Assembly: GCA_051889815.1 (NCBI GenBank)
Contig: JBJFDD010000040.1
Span: forward strand, 1-37,757
DNA from: Candidatus Cryptobacteroides sp.
GTDB lineage: Bacteria > Bacteroidota > Bacteroidia > Bacteroidales > UBA932
Reading direction: 5' to 3'
Length of the DNA stretch: 37,757 nt
A program made the translations under genes and the position numbers. Position 1 is the stretch's first letter. Every line of letters starts with the position of its first letter. Shown in pieces: positions 1 through 8,824 of the stretch. The notes under the pieces are model-generated. The model saw nothing but the letters and a program-made list of their open reading frames with translations, did not search any database and had not been told where the DNA came from.

Positions 1-1357
1 TGACGTAATCATATTCAAAGACCTTGTCAGCACAATCGCAGGTCTTGACGAGGATATTCATCCAGTTCAGGTCCGTCTGCGCGTAAGGGATGATGTCTGA
101 GGCAGTTTTGACCTCGAAGATGACTGCCGAAGCGCTCTCGCTGACGCTGATCTCGACAATGTCGTTGCGCGCGCTGTTGTCACGATAGACATCCGAACCG
201 TCGAAGTTCTTGAAATTGCGCTCGATGGCATCTCCTTCGAAATCACGGTAGGTCTTCCCCTTCTGGGCAGAAACCCCGCAGTCACCCTTGTAGCGGCGGA
301 CATTCTCCGCAAGAAGCAGGTAGAAATTGTCCCCGTAGCCACCCTTCATCATCTCTGAGTCACGGGAGAACTCCTCGTTGAAAAGGTCCACGAACACAGT
401 CTCCTTCTTGCCGTTGAGAAGTTTCAGGGCAATCCACTCGTTCCAGCCGGTCACGAAAACATTGTCAACCTTGTCGATGTTGTCGAAGACTGTCTGCCAC
501 TGGTTCTGGAAATTGCGGCCCTTGCGGAAATCCTCCTTGATCTCCTTGTGGGTCTTTGCATCCCAGCCACGTCCGCGGCAGGTAGTTGTGTCGGAGAAAG
601 TAACTGTCTCGACCGAATGCTGGGAGACAGACACGGAGACGACACCGTTGTGGAGACGCTGAGGATTGTCCCAGCTCATCCAAGGGAAGGCATTCTCATC
701 GTACGGAGCATTCGGCCACTGCGACTCGCGGACATCGAAAATCTCCTGCAACTCGTCCGATATATAATCCGGGTTCGAGCCCTGGTCAGAAGACTTGTTC
801 TTTCTGGTAAGGCCGACAACCAGGGGCTTGCCCTTCGGGCTGTAGAAAAGACCGTCCCACTCGCCGGACTTGACAAAGTTGTCATAGATCATCTGCACGG
901 ACTTGCCGGAAGCGCTGTTGGTGTAGAAAGCCACCTTCGGGACATCAAAACCCTGGGAAGCGAATTTCTTCAGCACATTCAGGACGACAGAAATGGCTTC
1001 AGGATAAACCACGGCATTGGTGGTGTCGAACATCAGGTAGTCGATCCCGGCATTCATCAGAAGTTCGACGTGACGGGTAACGACCCAAGGGTCGCGGCTG
1101 TCGTAGTAGCCGTAGAGCGGCTCGCCCCAGAAATGGAACTGCCCTGCAGGGCTCTTCGGAGTGCCTTCCGGTGCCCAGAGATCTTCCGGAGCCTCCTTGA
1201 GCAGTTTGGTGATGTCATAGATGCCCTTCTGCTGGCTTGGATGCTGACCGAGCCAGACGAAGTAGAAGATACCGACATCTTTCTTTCCTGTTCCCTGTGC
1301 GAAAACAGATGAGGTGAGCAGCAATGCTGCCGCGAGAGTTAAAAGAATCTTTTTCAT
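1..1357 (-). CDS. Secreted GH99/GH71-like (beta/alpha)8 glycoside hydrolase-like protein, 3'-truncated by window edge
   Basis: Not in the ORF track. Translated by hand from ATG 1357, it stays open to the window edge: MKKILLTLAAALLLTSSVFAQ (signal peptide)-GTGKKDVGIFYFVWLG...FWGEPLYGYYDSRDPWVVTRHVELLMNAGIDYLMFD...VFVTGWNEWIA...FNEEFSRDSE. The P-xx-GYY-x-S-x-D, AGID and WNEW motifs resemble GH99/GH71-like barrels. Confidence 0.75.
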   Translation of the reverse strand, partial: MKKILLTLAAALLLTSSVFAQGTGKKDVGIFYFVWLGQHPSQQKGIYDITKLLKEAPEDLWAPEGTPKSPAGQFHFWGEPLYGYYDSRDPWVVTRHVELLMNAGIDYLMFDTTNAVVYPEAISVVLNVLKKFASQGFDVPKVAFYTNSASGKSVQMIYDNFVKSGEWDGLFYSPKGKPLVVGLTRKNKSSDQGSNPDYISDELQEIFDVRESQWPNAPYDENAFPWMSWDNPQRLHNGVVSVSVSQHSVETVTFSDTTTCRGRGWDAKTHKEIKEDFRKGRNFQNQWQTVFDNIDKVDNVFVTGWNEWIALKLLNGKKETVFVDLFNEEFSRDSEMMKGGYGDNFYLLLAENVRRYKGDCGVSAQKGKTYRDFEGDAIERNFKNFDGSDVYRDNSARNDIVEISVSESASAVIFEVKTASDIIPYAQTDLNWMNILVKTCDCADKVFEYDYV

Positions 1358-1384
1358 TGAGTTTGGTTTAGTAAGTTATGGTGG

Positions 1385-4021
1385 TTACTTGAATCTGGTC
1401 TTGAACTGCCAGGTACCGGATCCTACCTCCCTGGAAGAGTAGCCGCCCTTCGCATCCGGAATCCAGACGGTGGCAGTCGTGTTGGCAGGAATCGTCACGT
1501 CGAGAGTGAGGGTGTTGCCCTTCTTCCTCCAGGCGCTGCGGATTGTACCCTTGACGGTTTCAAGTTCACCTTCAGCAAAGTCGAGTTCATCGAATATGTA
1601 AGGCTTGATCGTGAAATGTCCGTAGGCCGGATTCTCGAATTCCGGACTGATGCCGGCAACATACTTGTAGAACCAGGAACCGATTGAACCCATCATCGGA
1701 TGGTTGTGCGAGTTCATTGCATCACCGGTAAGGTACTCCCAGCGCTCCCAGAGGGTGGTCGCACCATTGGCAAGCATGTAGCCCCAGCCAGGGTAGGTAG
1801 TCTGGGTCGCGATCCGGTAGGCTTCCTCCTTGTGACCATATTCAGTGAGCATCTCAAGGAGATACTTCGTGCAGAGGTTGCCGGTCGTCAGATGGTAGTC
1901 GTGAGCGACCACATCGGCGACAAGGTTGTCAACCACGCGCTGGATCCTCTCTTTCGGAACAATGCCGAGGAAGAGGGCAAAGGAATTGGCCGCCTGGTTG
2001 TTGTTGCCATAGCCGCCTGCCTTCTCGTCCCAGTACTCGCGGTTGATGGCAGCCGCTGTCTTTTCGGCGAGTTCCGAATAGAAAGCCGCGTCCTTCGGTC
2101 TTTGTGCCACCTCGGCCATCTGGGAGAGCATCACTGCGCAGTAGTAGAGGTAGCCGGTGGAAATAAGGAGGCCCGGGGTATATTTCGAAACTCCATTGTC
2201 CGGATGCATCAGGAACTCCTTCGGAGGGCACCAGTCGCCATAGTAGCTGTAGTCAACAATGCCATCCTTGGTACGAGAGGCAAGATAGTCCACCCACGCC
2301 TTCATGTTGTCGAAGCCCTCGATGATGAGAGACTTGTTGCCGTAGAACTTGTAGGAGTTGTAGGCTAGGAGAAGGAAACTGGCACAGACAGGATCGGCCG
2401 GCCTTGCGCCGAAACGGAAAGGAGCCACGCAGGTGATGGTTCCGTCAGGGCCCTGGGTGTCAACGATGTCCCAGAAGAACTTCGGGAAGAATCTTGCCAT
2501 GTCGAAGTTATAGAACGCAGGCTCCATGCTGACGGTCAAGTCGTTGAGCCATCCCATCCTCTCGTCTCTCTGCGGGCAGTCGGTAGGGACGCTGTGGAAG
2601 TTGGAAGCCTCGGTGTTGAGTACCATCGTGTTGATGTCATTCAGCAAGGAATTGCTGCAGTTGAAGCTTGAAGTCCTGGCCATTGAAGAACGGACAGCCT
2701 TGACCTGGATGTCCTCGATGGCAGGAGCCTTGTCCAGGCCATCAATCTGGACGAAACGGAAACCGTGGTAGGTGAACTTCGGTTCCCACTCGAAACCTGA
2801 ATCGTCGGCAGGGATGAAGCTGTCCTCGCTCTTCGCATTGCGGAGGTTGTCCTGGTTGACCAGGCCATTGTCCCTGACGGTTTCGGCATAGCGCAGAGTC
2901 ACCTTCTTCCCGCCCATTCCGGAGACCTTGAGGGAAATCCATCCGGCAAGATTGCGTCCTGCATCAACCACATAGACACCCGGCTGGGGCTCGGACACTG
3001 CTGCCGGAGCAAAGGACTCGACCACCTTGATCGGTTCCATCTGCTGGGAGACCAGCTTCCCTACAGGCTCGTCGGTGTTGTAGGCAAGTCCCCAGACCTT
3101 GTTCATCATGCCTGCAGGGCGGTACGGCTCAAAGAGCTCGGGATTTTCCTCCCTCGCATCGAAATGTTCGCCATCGAATATGCTGGTGTACATCGTCGAA
3201 CCCGCAGTGATGGCTCTCATGCTGCCTTCTGTAAGAGCAGCCTGGGTGCCGTCCTCGAAAAGGACATGCATCTGCATGCGGAGTTTCGGAGTGCCGATGA
3301 AGCCCGGAGCGACGGCCACCACAATCGTGTTGGCTTTCTCGGTAAAGCAGTCGGAGATGTCGTAGGTGGCATAGTAAATCCTCCTGCTGTAGGAACTCTG
3401 GGCCGGGTCAAGGACATGGTCCCCGACCTTCTTGCCGTTTATCATCAGCTCATAGAAGCCCAAGCCGGCGATGTACATCCTGGCCTCCTTGACCGGTTTT
3501 CCGCCGTAGTCCACTGTTGACTTGAAATACAGCACACGTCCCGGCATTCCGGTGGCATAGCCGATCCAGCCGCCCCACCAGTCCTCTTCGTGGAGAAGAC
3601 CCATCTCGAAGGAAGCAGGTCCAGACCAGTCAGTTGCCACATCATCTTCTGTCCAGAGGCGGACCTTCCACCAGTAACGGGCCCTGCTGAAGAGGGTTTT
3701 GCCTTTGTAGATGATACCTGTGGATGCAGAACCGGACACCTTGCCGCTGTCCCACATGTCAGCCTCGCCGTTGGCAAGCTTTTCTTGTGAAGAAGCCACC
3801 AGGACCTGATAGGCAGTCTGCATGCAGCCACGACGGGAGGATTCCACCTTCCAGCTCAGCTGGGGCTGCTCCCCGTCTATTCCGATAGGTTCAGTCTGGT
3901 AGTTGGTCCGAAGGTCAGCCGGCTTTGCAACGGGTGCCTCCTTCGCTCCGGCTCCAAGGGAAAGGGCACAGCAGAGGAAAAAGGCTGAAATGATTGTCGC
4001 TATTCGTGTCAGGATATTCAT
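1385..4021 (-). CDS. GH78 alpha-L-rhamnosidase family protein, secreted
   Basis: 878 aa with a signal peptide and the motifs FTYHGFRFV, PTDCPQRDERMGWLND, GATTLWERW and MNSHNH. Confidence 0.93.
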   Translation of the reverse strand: MNILTRIATIISAFFLCCALSLGAGAKEAPVAKPADLRTNYQTEPIGIDGEQPQLSWKVESSRRGCMQTAYQVLVASSQEKLANGEADMWDSGKVSGSASTGIIYKGKTLFSRARYWWKVRLWTEDDVATDWSGPASFEMGLLHEEDWWGGWIGYATGMPGRVLYFKSTVDYGGKPVKEARMYIAGLGFYELMINGKKVGDHVLDPAQSSYSRRIYYATYDISDCFTEKANTIVVAVAPGFIGTPKLRMQMHVLFEDGTQAALTEGSMRAITAGSTMYTSIFDGEHFDAREENPELFEPYRPAGMMNKVWGLAYNTDEPVGKLVSQQMEPIKVVESFAPAAVSEPQPGVYVVDAGRNLAGWISLKVSGMGGKKVTLRYAETVRDNGLVNQDNLRNAKSEDSFIPADDSGFEWEPKFTYHGFRFVQIDGLDKAPAIEDIQVKAVRSSMARTSSFNCSNSLLNDINTMVLNTEASNFHSVPTDCPQRDERMGWLNDLTVSMEPAFYNFDMARFFPKFFWDIVDTQGPDGTITCVAPFRFGARPADPVCASFLLLAYNSYKFYGNKSLIIEGFDNMKAWVDYLASRTKDGIVDYSYYGDWCPPKEFLMHPDNGVSKYTPGLLISTGYLYYCAVMLSQMAEVAQRPKDAAFYSELAEKTAAAINREYWDEKAGGYGNNNQAANSFALFLGIVPKERIQRVVDNLVADVVAHDYHLTTGNLCTKYLLEMLTEYGHKEEAYRIATQTTYPGWGYMLANGATTLWERWEYLTGDAMNSHNHPMMGSIGSWFYKYVAGISPEFENPAYGHFTIKPYIFDELDFAEGELETVKGTIRSAWRKKGNTLTLDVTIPANTTATVWIPDAKGGYSSREVGSGTWQFKTRFK

Positions 4022-4064
4022 AAAAGCAAATTCTTAAAGAGATTGGTCTGCTTTGCGGGACGGT

Positions 4065-5252
4065 CTATTCGTAGATTTCAGGGACGTCAACGAGGGTGCG
4101 CCTGAACATGTTGTCGCCGCCCACCCAGTTCGGATGATGGTAAACAAGCCACTTCCACTCCTTCCAATAGTCCTCGAAGAACATCTGCTGCTTGTCCACC
4201 TGCTTTCCGTCGCCGGCCAGGGAGGTCACGAGGTCGAACCTGCAGCCCTTGATGCCGTACTTGCTGCGGACCTTCGAAATCAGTTCGTTGCAGGCGACCT
4301 GGGTCCCGGATTCGTTGCAAGGGATGTTGTTCAGGATAGGGATGCATCCCTGTGAAAGAATATATTCAACAAGTTCGGAGAGGTTTTCCTCCGTGTTGCC
4401 TCCGTTGGTTCCGATTGTCACCATCACATAGTCGGTCTTGATGTAAGGAAGCTCGTTCCTGATGTAGTCGAGGACCTGGACTATAGTGCAGCCTCCACGC
4501 CCGCTGGACATCGCATTGCCGCCAAGATGGCTGATGATGCGCTGGGTCCAGGCGTACTTGAAATAGTCTGCCGGGAAGTAACCCTCTGGCTGGGTGATGG
4601 AATCTCCGTAGATGAGCATGCGCACCTTCTTCTTGAGTGCGGAGACAGTGACCCTGCTGACAAGGGTGGATGAACCTTTGCGGAGTCCGAAGCAGTAGTG
4701 GTCCCACTGCATTCCGACATTGAATCCCTCCTGCAGGACTCCCGCACCGTGCCCGCCCGGACCGTCATTCACGGCTTCCACATAGGCGGTTCCACGCCCT
4801 TTGCAGGCGGAGACACGTACAGCCGACTTGTTGTAGATGTGGATCACCTCGATGTCACAGGCCTTGCCCCCTTCCAGGAAAGGAGCATCGACTTCGGTTA
4901 CCGGCGAGGTGAGGATCCTTACCTTGCGGGCAGGAACATCGATTTCAGCGGTGAAATCGCCCTCGCTGCTCTGGAGCCACAGGACAGCATCCCCTGAAGG
5001 GGTGATCCGGTAGCAGGCCTTGCGCTCGGCAAGGGCGTAGTACTTGTCAATCTTCGCCAGGGCTGTTCCGGGAATAAGGGAAAGGCCGCCATCGACATAT
5101 TCAGCGGCTCCGTTGAGCATGAGGAATTCAGGCTTCTCGCCTTTGTCGAACCTGATGTCAAGCATTACTGCCGGCTTGGAAACTTCCCCGGCAGCAACCA
5201 TCTGCGACACTGACATGATGGCCAGCACCGCCAAAGTTAAAAGTCTTTGCAT
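4065..5252 (-). CDS. SGNH/GDSL-family esterase with N-terminal beta-rich domain, secreted
   Basis: Signal peptide; block I IYGDSIT, block II GRGG, block III IGTN and C-terminal HHPN. Confidence 0.8.
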   Translation of the reverse strand: MQRLLTLAVLAIMSVSQMVAAGEVSKPAVMLDIRFDKGEKPEFLMLNGAAEYVDGGLSLIPGTALAKIDKYYALAERKACYRITPSGDAVLWLQSSEGDFTAEIDVPARKVRILTSPVTEVDAPFLEGGKACDIEVIHIYNKSAVRVSACKGRGTAYVEAVNDGPGGHGAGVLQEGFNVGMQWDHYCFGLRKGSSTLVSRVTVSALKKKVRMLIYGDSITQPEGYFPADYFKYAWTQRIISHLGGNAMSSGRGGCTIVQVLDYIRNELPYIKTDYVMVTIGTNGGNTEENLSELVEYILSQGCIPILNNIPCNESGTQVACNELISKVRSKYGIKGCRFDLVTSLAGDGKQVDKQQMFFEDYWKEWKWLVYHHPNWVGGDNMFRRTLVDVPEIYE

Positions 5253-6526
5253 ATTGTCCGTTTTGAAACTGATTCAAATCTGCCTACAGCCTCCACACCG
5301 ACGCTCCTCGCATCCGTACCCTGGATGACGAACCTGAGAGGCTCAGGATGAAGGGGATAGGTGTTGTCGCCGTTGGTGTCGAAAGTCTGATACGGTCCCT
5401 CGGCAGGCACGGTCCCGACAAGGCTGTTGTTCTTGAATATGTTGAAGCGTGCAATCCCCGACTCGACATCGGCATCCGCATCCCAGGTCAGGACGAGCGA
5501 AGTGTCCGTCTTCTCAACCTTGAGATTATACGGCGCCTCCGGAGCGGTCTTGTCGCGAAGGGTGCCTGTCGTGACATATTCCTTCCAGTTCAAGGCAGTC
5601 TTCCTGTCCGCGAAACGGCAGAGGCCGGCGGCATCCCCGTCGAACTTCGACTCCTTGCAAAGTTCCATGGTCCCGGGATTGCCGAGCCAGGTCTTCTTCG
5701 GGTCAAGACTCCGCAGGACCATTGACTTGCCCTTTGGCAGCCTCTGCTCCATGGCCGCCTCGAAGAACGGAATCGCCATGAGGCGGATGTAGCTGAAATT
5801 GTGGTTCTGGCCGGGAGTAAAAGCAATGCATGCAGGAGCATCCATCAGGCGCAGACGGGAGAAGGTGTTCTTCGCTGTCGCCTCGCAGGCAGCGAACGGG
5901 GCATCTTCCGGACCCGCGTGCCTGAGCAGGACAGGGACCTCCGCTGCTTCTGCAGGATACTCCCACTGCGGATCGAAGGCCGCTGAATATGCCACCAGGG
6001 CAATGACCCTCTCAGGATAGTCCCTCAACATGCCCAGGGTCCAGTACCCGCCTCCGGAATGTCCGAAAAGCAGGAACGGAGCACCCTCAAGCTCCGGATG
6101 GCCGGACTTTGATGCAACGATGGAAAGCACATTGAATAGAGCCTCGGCACTCCCGGACTCCGGGTCGCGCCACCCGGAACAGTCCCCGTAAAGGGCTGTC
6201 TCCAGCACCGCCAGGTCCCATTTTTTTGCGAAGGCCTGGTACTGCAAGTCGTAAGGCCGGGTGATTCCGAACTGTTCCATCGTGCACCCGTGCTGGAGCA
6301 CCAGGACACCGCGGACACGCTTTGCAGACCCGGGCACAAAGACACCGTAGTCGGCTTTTGATGCAAAGGGACAGGACTCCCCTTCCAAGGTCACGCGATA
6401 GATACTGTCTTTTTCAATTGCAGGATTGACAGAAGTTGCTGATGGCCGGTCACCGCAGCCGGAAACAAAGAGGCCTGCCAGAAAGCAGGCCACAGATGTC
6501 AGCAGAAATTGTGCTGGAATTCTCAT
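5237..6526 (-). CDS. Alpha/beta-hydrolase fold lipoprotein with C-terminal FN3-like domain
   Basis: Lipobox FVSG-C, nucleophile elbow GHSGGG, candidate catalytic His in GQNHN, and an FN3-like tail (P..P.NL..LTWDA.AD.ESGI). Confidence 0.75.
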   Translation of the reverse strand: MRIPAQFLLTSVACFLAGLFVSGCGDRPSATSVNPAIEKDSIYRVTLEGESCPFASKADYGVFVPGSAKRVRGVLVLQHGCTMEQFGITRPYDLQYQAFAKKWDLAVLETALYGDCSGWRDPESGSAEALFNVLSIVASKSGHPELEGAPFLLFGHSGGGYWTLGMLRDYPERVIALVAYSAAFDPQWEYPAEAAEVPVLLRHAGPEDAPFAACEATAKNTFSRLRLMDAPACIAFTPGQNHNFSYIRLMAIPFFEAAMEQRLPKGKSMVLRSLDPKKTWLGNPGTMELCKESKFDGDAAGLCRFADRKTALNWKEYVTTGTLRDKTAPEAPYNLKVEKTDTSLVLTWDADADVESGIARFNIFKNNSLVGTVPAEGPYQTFDTNGDNTYPLHPEPLRFVIQGTDARSVGVEAVGRFESVSKRTICKDF

Positions 6527-6552
6527 TTTGCTGTCAATTCATGTGGTCGACA

Positions 6553-6560
6553 CAAATTTA
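6553..6560 (-). promoter_or_regulatory. Bacteroidota sigma-A -7 box for the hydrolase cluster
   Basis: TAAATTTG (TAnnTTTG consensus) on the minus strand, 26 bp upstream of ATG 6526 and overlapping the folD stop codon. Confidence 0.55.
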
Positions 6561-7427
6561 ACATTTTTTGCCGACTTTATTGAGAAAACATTGGATAGTG
6601 TTCTCCATCAGGCAGCAGATGGTCATCGGACCGACTCCTCCCGGGACCGGCGTGATGGCGGAGGCCTTAGGCTCCACTGAAGCGAAGTCCACATCGCCGC
6701 AGAGGGCTCCGTTCTCGTCCCTGTCCATTCCGACGTCAATCACCGCGGCACCTTCCTTGACCATGTCTCCGGTCACGAACTTTGCCCTTCCGATGGCCAC
6801 CACAAGAATGTCGGCCTTGCGGGTGATGTCAGAGAGGTTCTCCGTACGGGAATGGCAGATGGTAACTGTGGCATTCCTGTCAAGAAGGAGTTTGGCAACC
6901 GGGAGACCGACAATCTGGCTGCGGCCTATGACAACTGCATTCTTGCCTGCAATCTCACATCCTGCACTCTCCAGGAGCTTGATGATGCCTGCGGGAGTAC
7001 AAGGAATGACGCAGGAAGAATTCGGCCGCTTCTGCCAGAGGGCGGCAGTGTTGAGGGGATGGAATCCGTCCACATCCTTTTCGTGTGCTATGGCCTCGAT
7101 GACCTTCACCTCGCTGATGTGGCGGGGTACCGGAAGCTGGACCAGGATTCCGTCCACGGAGTCATCCCGGTTGAGGGAATCGATAGTGGAGAGAAGTTCC
7201 TCTTCGGTTGTCTGTGCAGGCATACGGACGGTCAGGTTCGTGATACCGACAGCTTCGCAGGCCTTCGCCTTGTTGCGGACATAGGTCTGGCTGGCAGGGT
7301 CCTCCCCCACCAGGATTACGGCAAGGGACGGAGCGCGTCCGTATTTCTCGGGGAACCCGGCCACTCGGGCTGCCATTTCGGCCTTGAGGGATGCTGCAAG
7401 GTCTTTTCCGCTTATGATTTTTGCCAT
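6558..7427 (-). CDS. folD: Bifunctional methylene-THF dehydrogenase/cyclohydrolase
   Basis: Motifs KDVDGFHP, GRSQIVG and ITPVPGGVGPMT. Start moved to ATG 7427 (MAKIISGK) from the track's non-ATG start at 7442. Confidence 0.97.
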   Translation of the reverse strand: MAKIISGKDLAASLKAEMAARVAGFPEKYGRAPSLAVILVGEDPASQTYVRNKAKACEAVGITNLTVRMPAQTTEEELLSTIDSLNRDDSVDGILVQLPVPRHISEVKVIEAIAHEKDVDGFHPLNTAALWQKRPNSSCVIPCTPAGIIKLLESAGCEIAGKNAVVIGRSQIVGLPVAKLLLDRNATVTICHSRTENLSDITRKADILVVAIGRAKFVTGDMVKEGAAVIDVGMDRDENGALCGDVDFASVEPKASAITPVPGGVGPMTICCLMENTIQCFLNKVGKKC

Positions 7428-7465
7428 TTTGAATATCTTCAATTAATCAAGAACAATAAAGATCG

Positions 7466-8818
7466 TCAGAGAATCCAGTGTCCGATGTCGGTGCGGTTGA
7501 AAAGGTTGTCGCAGCGGATCTTCCCCACGGCAGCAAGAGCCTTGTCGCGGGCCTCCGGAGCGGTCGGCGCGGCAGCAACAACCATCAGCACCCTTCCTCC
7601 GGAAGTCACAAGCACGGGCTCATCCTGTCCATCGGCAGCGGACAGCTTAGTCCCCATCTGGTAGATCCTGACAGAAGGATCGGACATCGCCTCGTCGAGT
7701 CCCTCGATCCTGAAGCCCTTTTCGTAGGAGCCAGGATAGCCTTTCGAGGCCATCACGAAGCCCAGGGTCACATTGCCGGCCCACTTGACCTGCGGCATGG
7801 CAGAAGGGTCACTGTCGGCAACTGCCGAGAACATCTCATAGATGTCGGATTCGAGTCTCGGAAGGACAACCTCGGTTTCCGGATCGCCGAAGCGGCAGTT
7901 GAACTCGATGACCTTGATGCCGTCAGGAGTCTTCATCAGACCTCCGTACAGCACGCCCTTGAACGGACAGTCCTCGCTCACCATCGCCCCTGCAACCTTC
8001 TTCATGATGTGCTCCAGGGCGTAATTCTCATCCTCAGGGGTAATGAAAGGAAGCGGTGAATATGCCCCCATCCCTCCGGTGTTCGGACCCTTGTCGCCGT
8101 CGAAGGCGCGCTTGTGGTCCTGCGAGAGAGCCAGGGGATAGACATTCAGACCGTCAACGAAGCACATGAAAGAGAATTCGGGACCCGTGAGGAACTCCTC
8201 CACAACGACCTTCCCCTTGCCGAAACGGTCGTCAAGAAGCATGTCACGAAGGGCTTCCTCAGCCTCCTGCCGGGTCTCAGGGATGACCACTCCCTTGCCG
8301 GCGGCGAGACCGTCGTACTTCAGGACGACAGGGAACTTGCCCGCGGCAACATATTCAAGAGCCTCGTCATAGCTGTCGAAGGTGCGGTAGGCGGCTGTCG
8401 GGACTCCGTATTTGGCCATCAGTCTCTTGGCGAAATCCTTGCTGGACTCGATCCTGGCGGCAGCGGCAGAAGGACCGAATATTCTCAGGCCCGCCTCCGT
8501 GAAGGCATCGGCGATTCCGAGCGAAAGCGGAACCTCCGGTCCGACAACGGTAAGGTCGATGCCGTTCTGCAATGCGAATTCCACAAGGGCCGGAATGTCG
8601 GTCTCCTTGACCGGGACACATTCAGCCTGTGCGGCTATTCCGGCATTGCCCGGGGCACAGTAGATTTTTCCGACACGGGAAGACCTGCACAGGGCATCCA
8701 CAATGGCATGCTCGCGTCCGCCGCTACCCACGACAAGAACCCGGCAACCCACGAGGGAGTCCAGGGTCACGGTCTTCGAGTCAGTTCCTGTCAACGGTTT
8801 GTGATACACAAGAGCCAT
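7466..8818 (-). CDS. purD: Phosphoribosylamine-glycine ligase
   Basis: Motifs GSGGREHA, DGLAAGKGV, QDHKRAFDGDKGPNTGGMG and EFNCRFGDPE. Confidence 0.97.
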   Translation of the reverse strand: MALVYHKPLTGTDSKTVTLDSLVGCRVLVVGSGGREHAIVDALCRSSRVGKIYCAPGNAGIAAQAECVPVKETDIPALVEFALQNGIDLTVVGPEVPLSLGIADAFTEAGLRIFGPSAAAARIESSKDFAKRLMAKYGVPTAAYRTFDSYDEALEYVAAGKFPVVLKYDGLAAGKGVVIPETRQEAEEALRDMLLDDRFGKGKVVVEEFLTGPEFSFMCFVDGLNVYPLALSQDHKRAFDGDKGPNTGGMGAYSPLPFITPEDENYALEHIMKKVAGAMVSEDCPFKGVLYGGLMKTPDGIKVIEFNCRFGDPETEVVLPRLESDIYEMFSAVADSDPSAMPQVKWAGNVTLGFVMASKGYPGSYEKGFRIEGLDEAMSDPSVRIYQMGTKLSAADGQDEPVLVTSGGRVLMVVAAAPTAPEARDKALAAVGKIRCDNLFNRTDIGHWIL

Positions 8819-8824
8819 ATCCCA

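Noticed and set aside
548-1312. 254-aa plus-strand ORF from the track
   Set aside because: Antisense shadow of the real minus-strand gene at 1-1357; no recognisable motifs.
2553-2584. 32-bp near-identical repeat (1 mismatch) with 25886-25917
   Set aside because: Encodes the conserved TDCPQRDERMG motif of two GH78 paralogues; not a mobile or CRISPR repeat.
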